Below the pieces are notes generated by a model. It had not been told where the DNA came from, made no database searches, and saw nothing but the letters and a program-made list of their open reading frames with translations. DNA of 63,881 bases, filler included, from Collodictyon triciliatum (Eukaryota), in assembly GCA_043381765.1 (NCBI GenBank). It is 15 parts of 15 records of this genome, joined end to end, with 100 filler letters (N's around TTAATTAATTAA, not from the genome) between each part and the next. Parts side by side here need not be neighbours in the genome. Positions count along the whole stretch, not along the records: positions 57,859 to 62,199 come from JBHJMP010006212.1; positions 62,300 to 63,881 come from JBHJMP010006301.1; 13 more parts are not named here. One strand, written 5' to 3'. The translations under genes and the position numbers were made by a program. Positions 62,046 through 63,881 of this stretch are shown here, piece by piece (the stretch's first letter is position 1; every line of letters starts with the position of its first letter).

Positions 62046-62301
62046 TTTATTCGAATCTCAGGGAAGCGTCTTCCGCACCGCACGTCAGAATGACGGAAGT
62101 TTCCAAGCTTAAGCAAATACCTACTGCGCATATTTCGATGGTGATTTTATAAAATTTATGTAACATTTCTTGTCAGACTTTGGGGCCAATTGCCATGAAN
62201 NNNNNNNNNNNNNNNNNNNNNNNNNNNNNNNNNNNNNNNNNNNTTAATTAATTAANNNNNNNNNNNNNNNNNNNNNNNNNNNNNNNNNNNNNNNNNNNNA
62301 T

Positions 62302-62372
<71 letters not shown>

Positions 62373-62419
62373 TTGTAACTCGCACAAGATGAGAATACCA
62401 AGGAGCCCGAAAGAATTCC

Positions 62420-62485
62420 CGAGCTGTTTTATACATTATTTTTTTCCCCTTTTATTCGATTCAAAGTGGCGAGCTGTTTTATACA
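62420..62485 (-). mobile_element. 34-bp family A retro-insertion with 16-bp TSD
   Basis: CGAGCTGTTTTATACA at 62420-62435 and 62470-62485 flanks TTATTTTTTTCCCCTTTTATTCGATTCAAAGTGG, which matches the 3' end of the 33655 insert. Confidence 0.85.
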
Positions 62486-63141
62486 CAAAGAAAAATGACG
62501 CTAAAGCTCCAGCCCGGCAGACACCAGTACTTGGATATATCCGAGACTGAGATGTACATATAAGAGGTCGAAGAAAGAAACCCGTCATTAATACAGAGTT
62601 GTTAACACTCAGCTTCGCTCTCTGTGCAAACTGTCGTTTCGTGTGGCGGGTTGATGAAGAGGGAAGCACACGGACACGTTTCGGTGGGGCGACCGAAGGC
62701 CTCTGCTGGAGCAGACAATCAGACCCGTTTAGGCATAGATGACCAGATTGTTTCAACCCCCTCGTCGCAACACGCTTTGGCTTCAAGTGTTTACATATTT
62801 GGATAATATACATTATACTATTATAATAATTATAAAAGAAATAAATAAAGTTATATACAAAAAATATGGTTAATAAATATGGTATATATTACATTTTAAT
62901 CTTTTGCAATCTGTTCCCACACTTGGTGCTCCACATTAGTGATAGGCATCCATATTTGTCATATACCCGCCAGATTTTATACAGCGCTTTCTGGCACCAG
63001 AAACGTTGAAGCCCGTGGAACATTCTGAAAAAGACATGGATCCGAACAACTAAAACGCCAACAAAGAATCTCCATCAAGTCAGCACACCACAACGAAAAG
63101 CCGCGCAACAGGAAAGAAACGAAAAGACTGGAGGAAAAACG

Positions 63142-63202
<61 letters not shown>

Positions 63203-63277
63203 AAATAAGAAAAAAGACACACTCCATGTCTCATTCATGGTAAATGTTACCAGCAGCAGCAACAACAAAAGCAAGCC

Positions 63278-63804
63278 ATGTCCAAGACCGCCATTATCGT
63301 GGGAGTGAACGGAGGCCTCGGCCGCTCAGTCTGCGCCGCTTTCCAGAAGGCTGCATACCGTGTGGTTGGAACCGATCTGAAGCCCACAGTCGCCGACGTC
63401 AACATCGCCCTTGACTCTGCCGTCTCCTATGCTGAGAGCTCAAAGGAAGCCGCTCGCCAAGTTGGAGAGGCTGCCCCCCAAGGTTTACTTCCAAGCCTCT
63501 CTCTTCTTCCTTGTTCTTTCTTTCTTTCTCTCTCTTTTTTTTTTTTTTAATCCTTTTCTCCTATTTTAAGCTGCACTCTTAGTCCTCTTATAATGTGATA
63601 CAACCCAGACGAAAAAGCTACCCACTGACGGGTTTTGTTTGGTGGAATTATGTTCTTGCAGCGGACGCTGTGATCTGTGTTGCTGGTGGATGGAACGGCG
63701 GGTACCCAAAAGATGACGAGGTCTTTAGCTCCCTGGAAAATCTCTATAACATGAACTTGAAGTCTGCCCTTCTTGCTGCCCACCTTGCTGCAAAGTTCCT
63801 CAAG
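63278..63804 (+). CDS. QDPR: Dihydropteridine reductase (SDR family); 3' partial
   Basis: Exon 63278-63482 (IIVGVNGGLGRSV Rossmann motif) and exon 63662-63804 (DAVICVAGGWNGG) splice in frame. Confidence 0.9.
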
Positions 63805-63881
63805 GTAAGCGAGTCTCGCTGCGTTGTTTATTGATTGGGACTTGAATCGTTGTCGATCCCCAGCTTTTTTTTTTTTTTTTT

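Noticed and set aside
4402-62255. Regularly spaced palindromic TTAATTAATTAA repeat (CRISPR-like or phased element)
   Set aside because: Always embedded in N44 on both sides; it is an assembly linker with six-frame stops.

Overview
This is eukaryotic DNA from an intron-containing protist with GT-AG introns of mostly 60-250 nt and abundant microsatellites. An SCLT1/CEP89-like gene suggests it has centrioles or flagella. The window is not one locus. It is 15 unplaced contigs of about 4.35 kb, sorted by decreasing length and joined by artificial 100-bp spacers (N44-TTAATTAATTAA-N44), so adjacency across spacers means nothing. Housekeeping genes or fragments: stand-alone myosin-I TH1 protein, ArfGAP1-like, PH-domain exons, SCLT1/CEP89-like, ILV6, CAF16-like ABC ATPase, DAD1/OST2, U2AF65, QDPR, and RING, NHL, C2H2 and Sel1 proteins. 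Four things stand out. (1) An intronless TMEM132-like protein that also carries a second cohesin and a two-EF-loop dockerin, flanked by Ser-Gln linkers; this is a candidate cohesin-dockerin surface-assembly system in a protist. (2) An LRR receptor gene in which at least 14 consecutive 66/69-bp exons each encode exactly one LRR with symmetric phase-1 introns, invisible to the ORF track. (3) An NLR-type pentapeptide-14xWD40 protein with hypervariable surface positions, fused in frame through a single TGG>TAG codon to a Sel1-like array with variable loops. (4) Two non-LTR retroelement families that left tail-only micro-insertions of 19-50 bp with 15-17-bp target-site duplications, two of them next to splice sites. 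All homology calls are by-eye motif recognition; no database searches were run.
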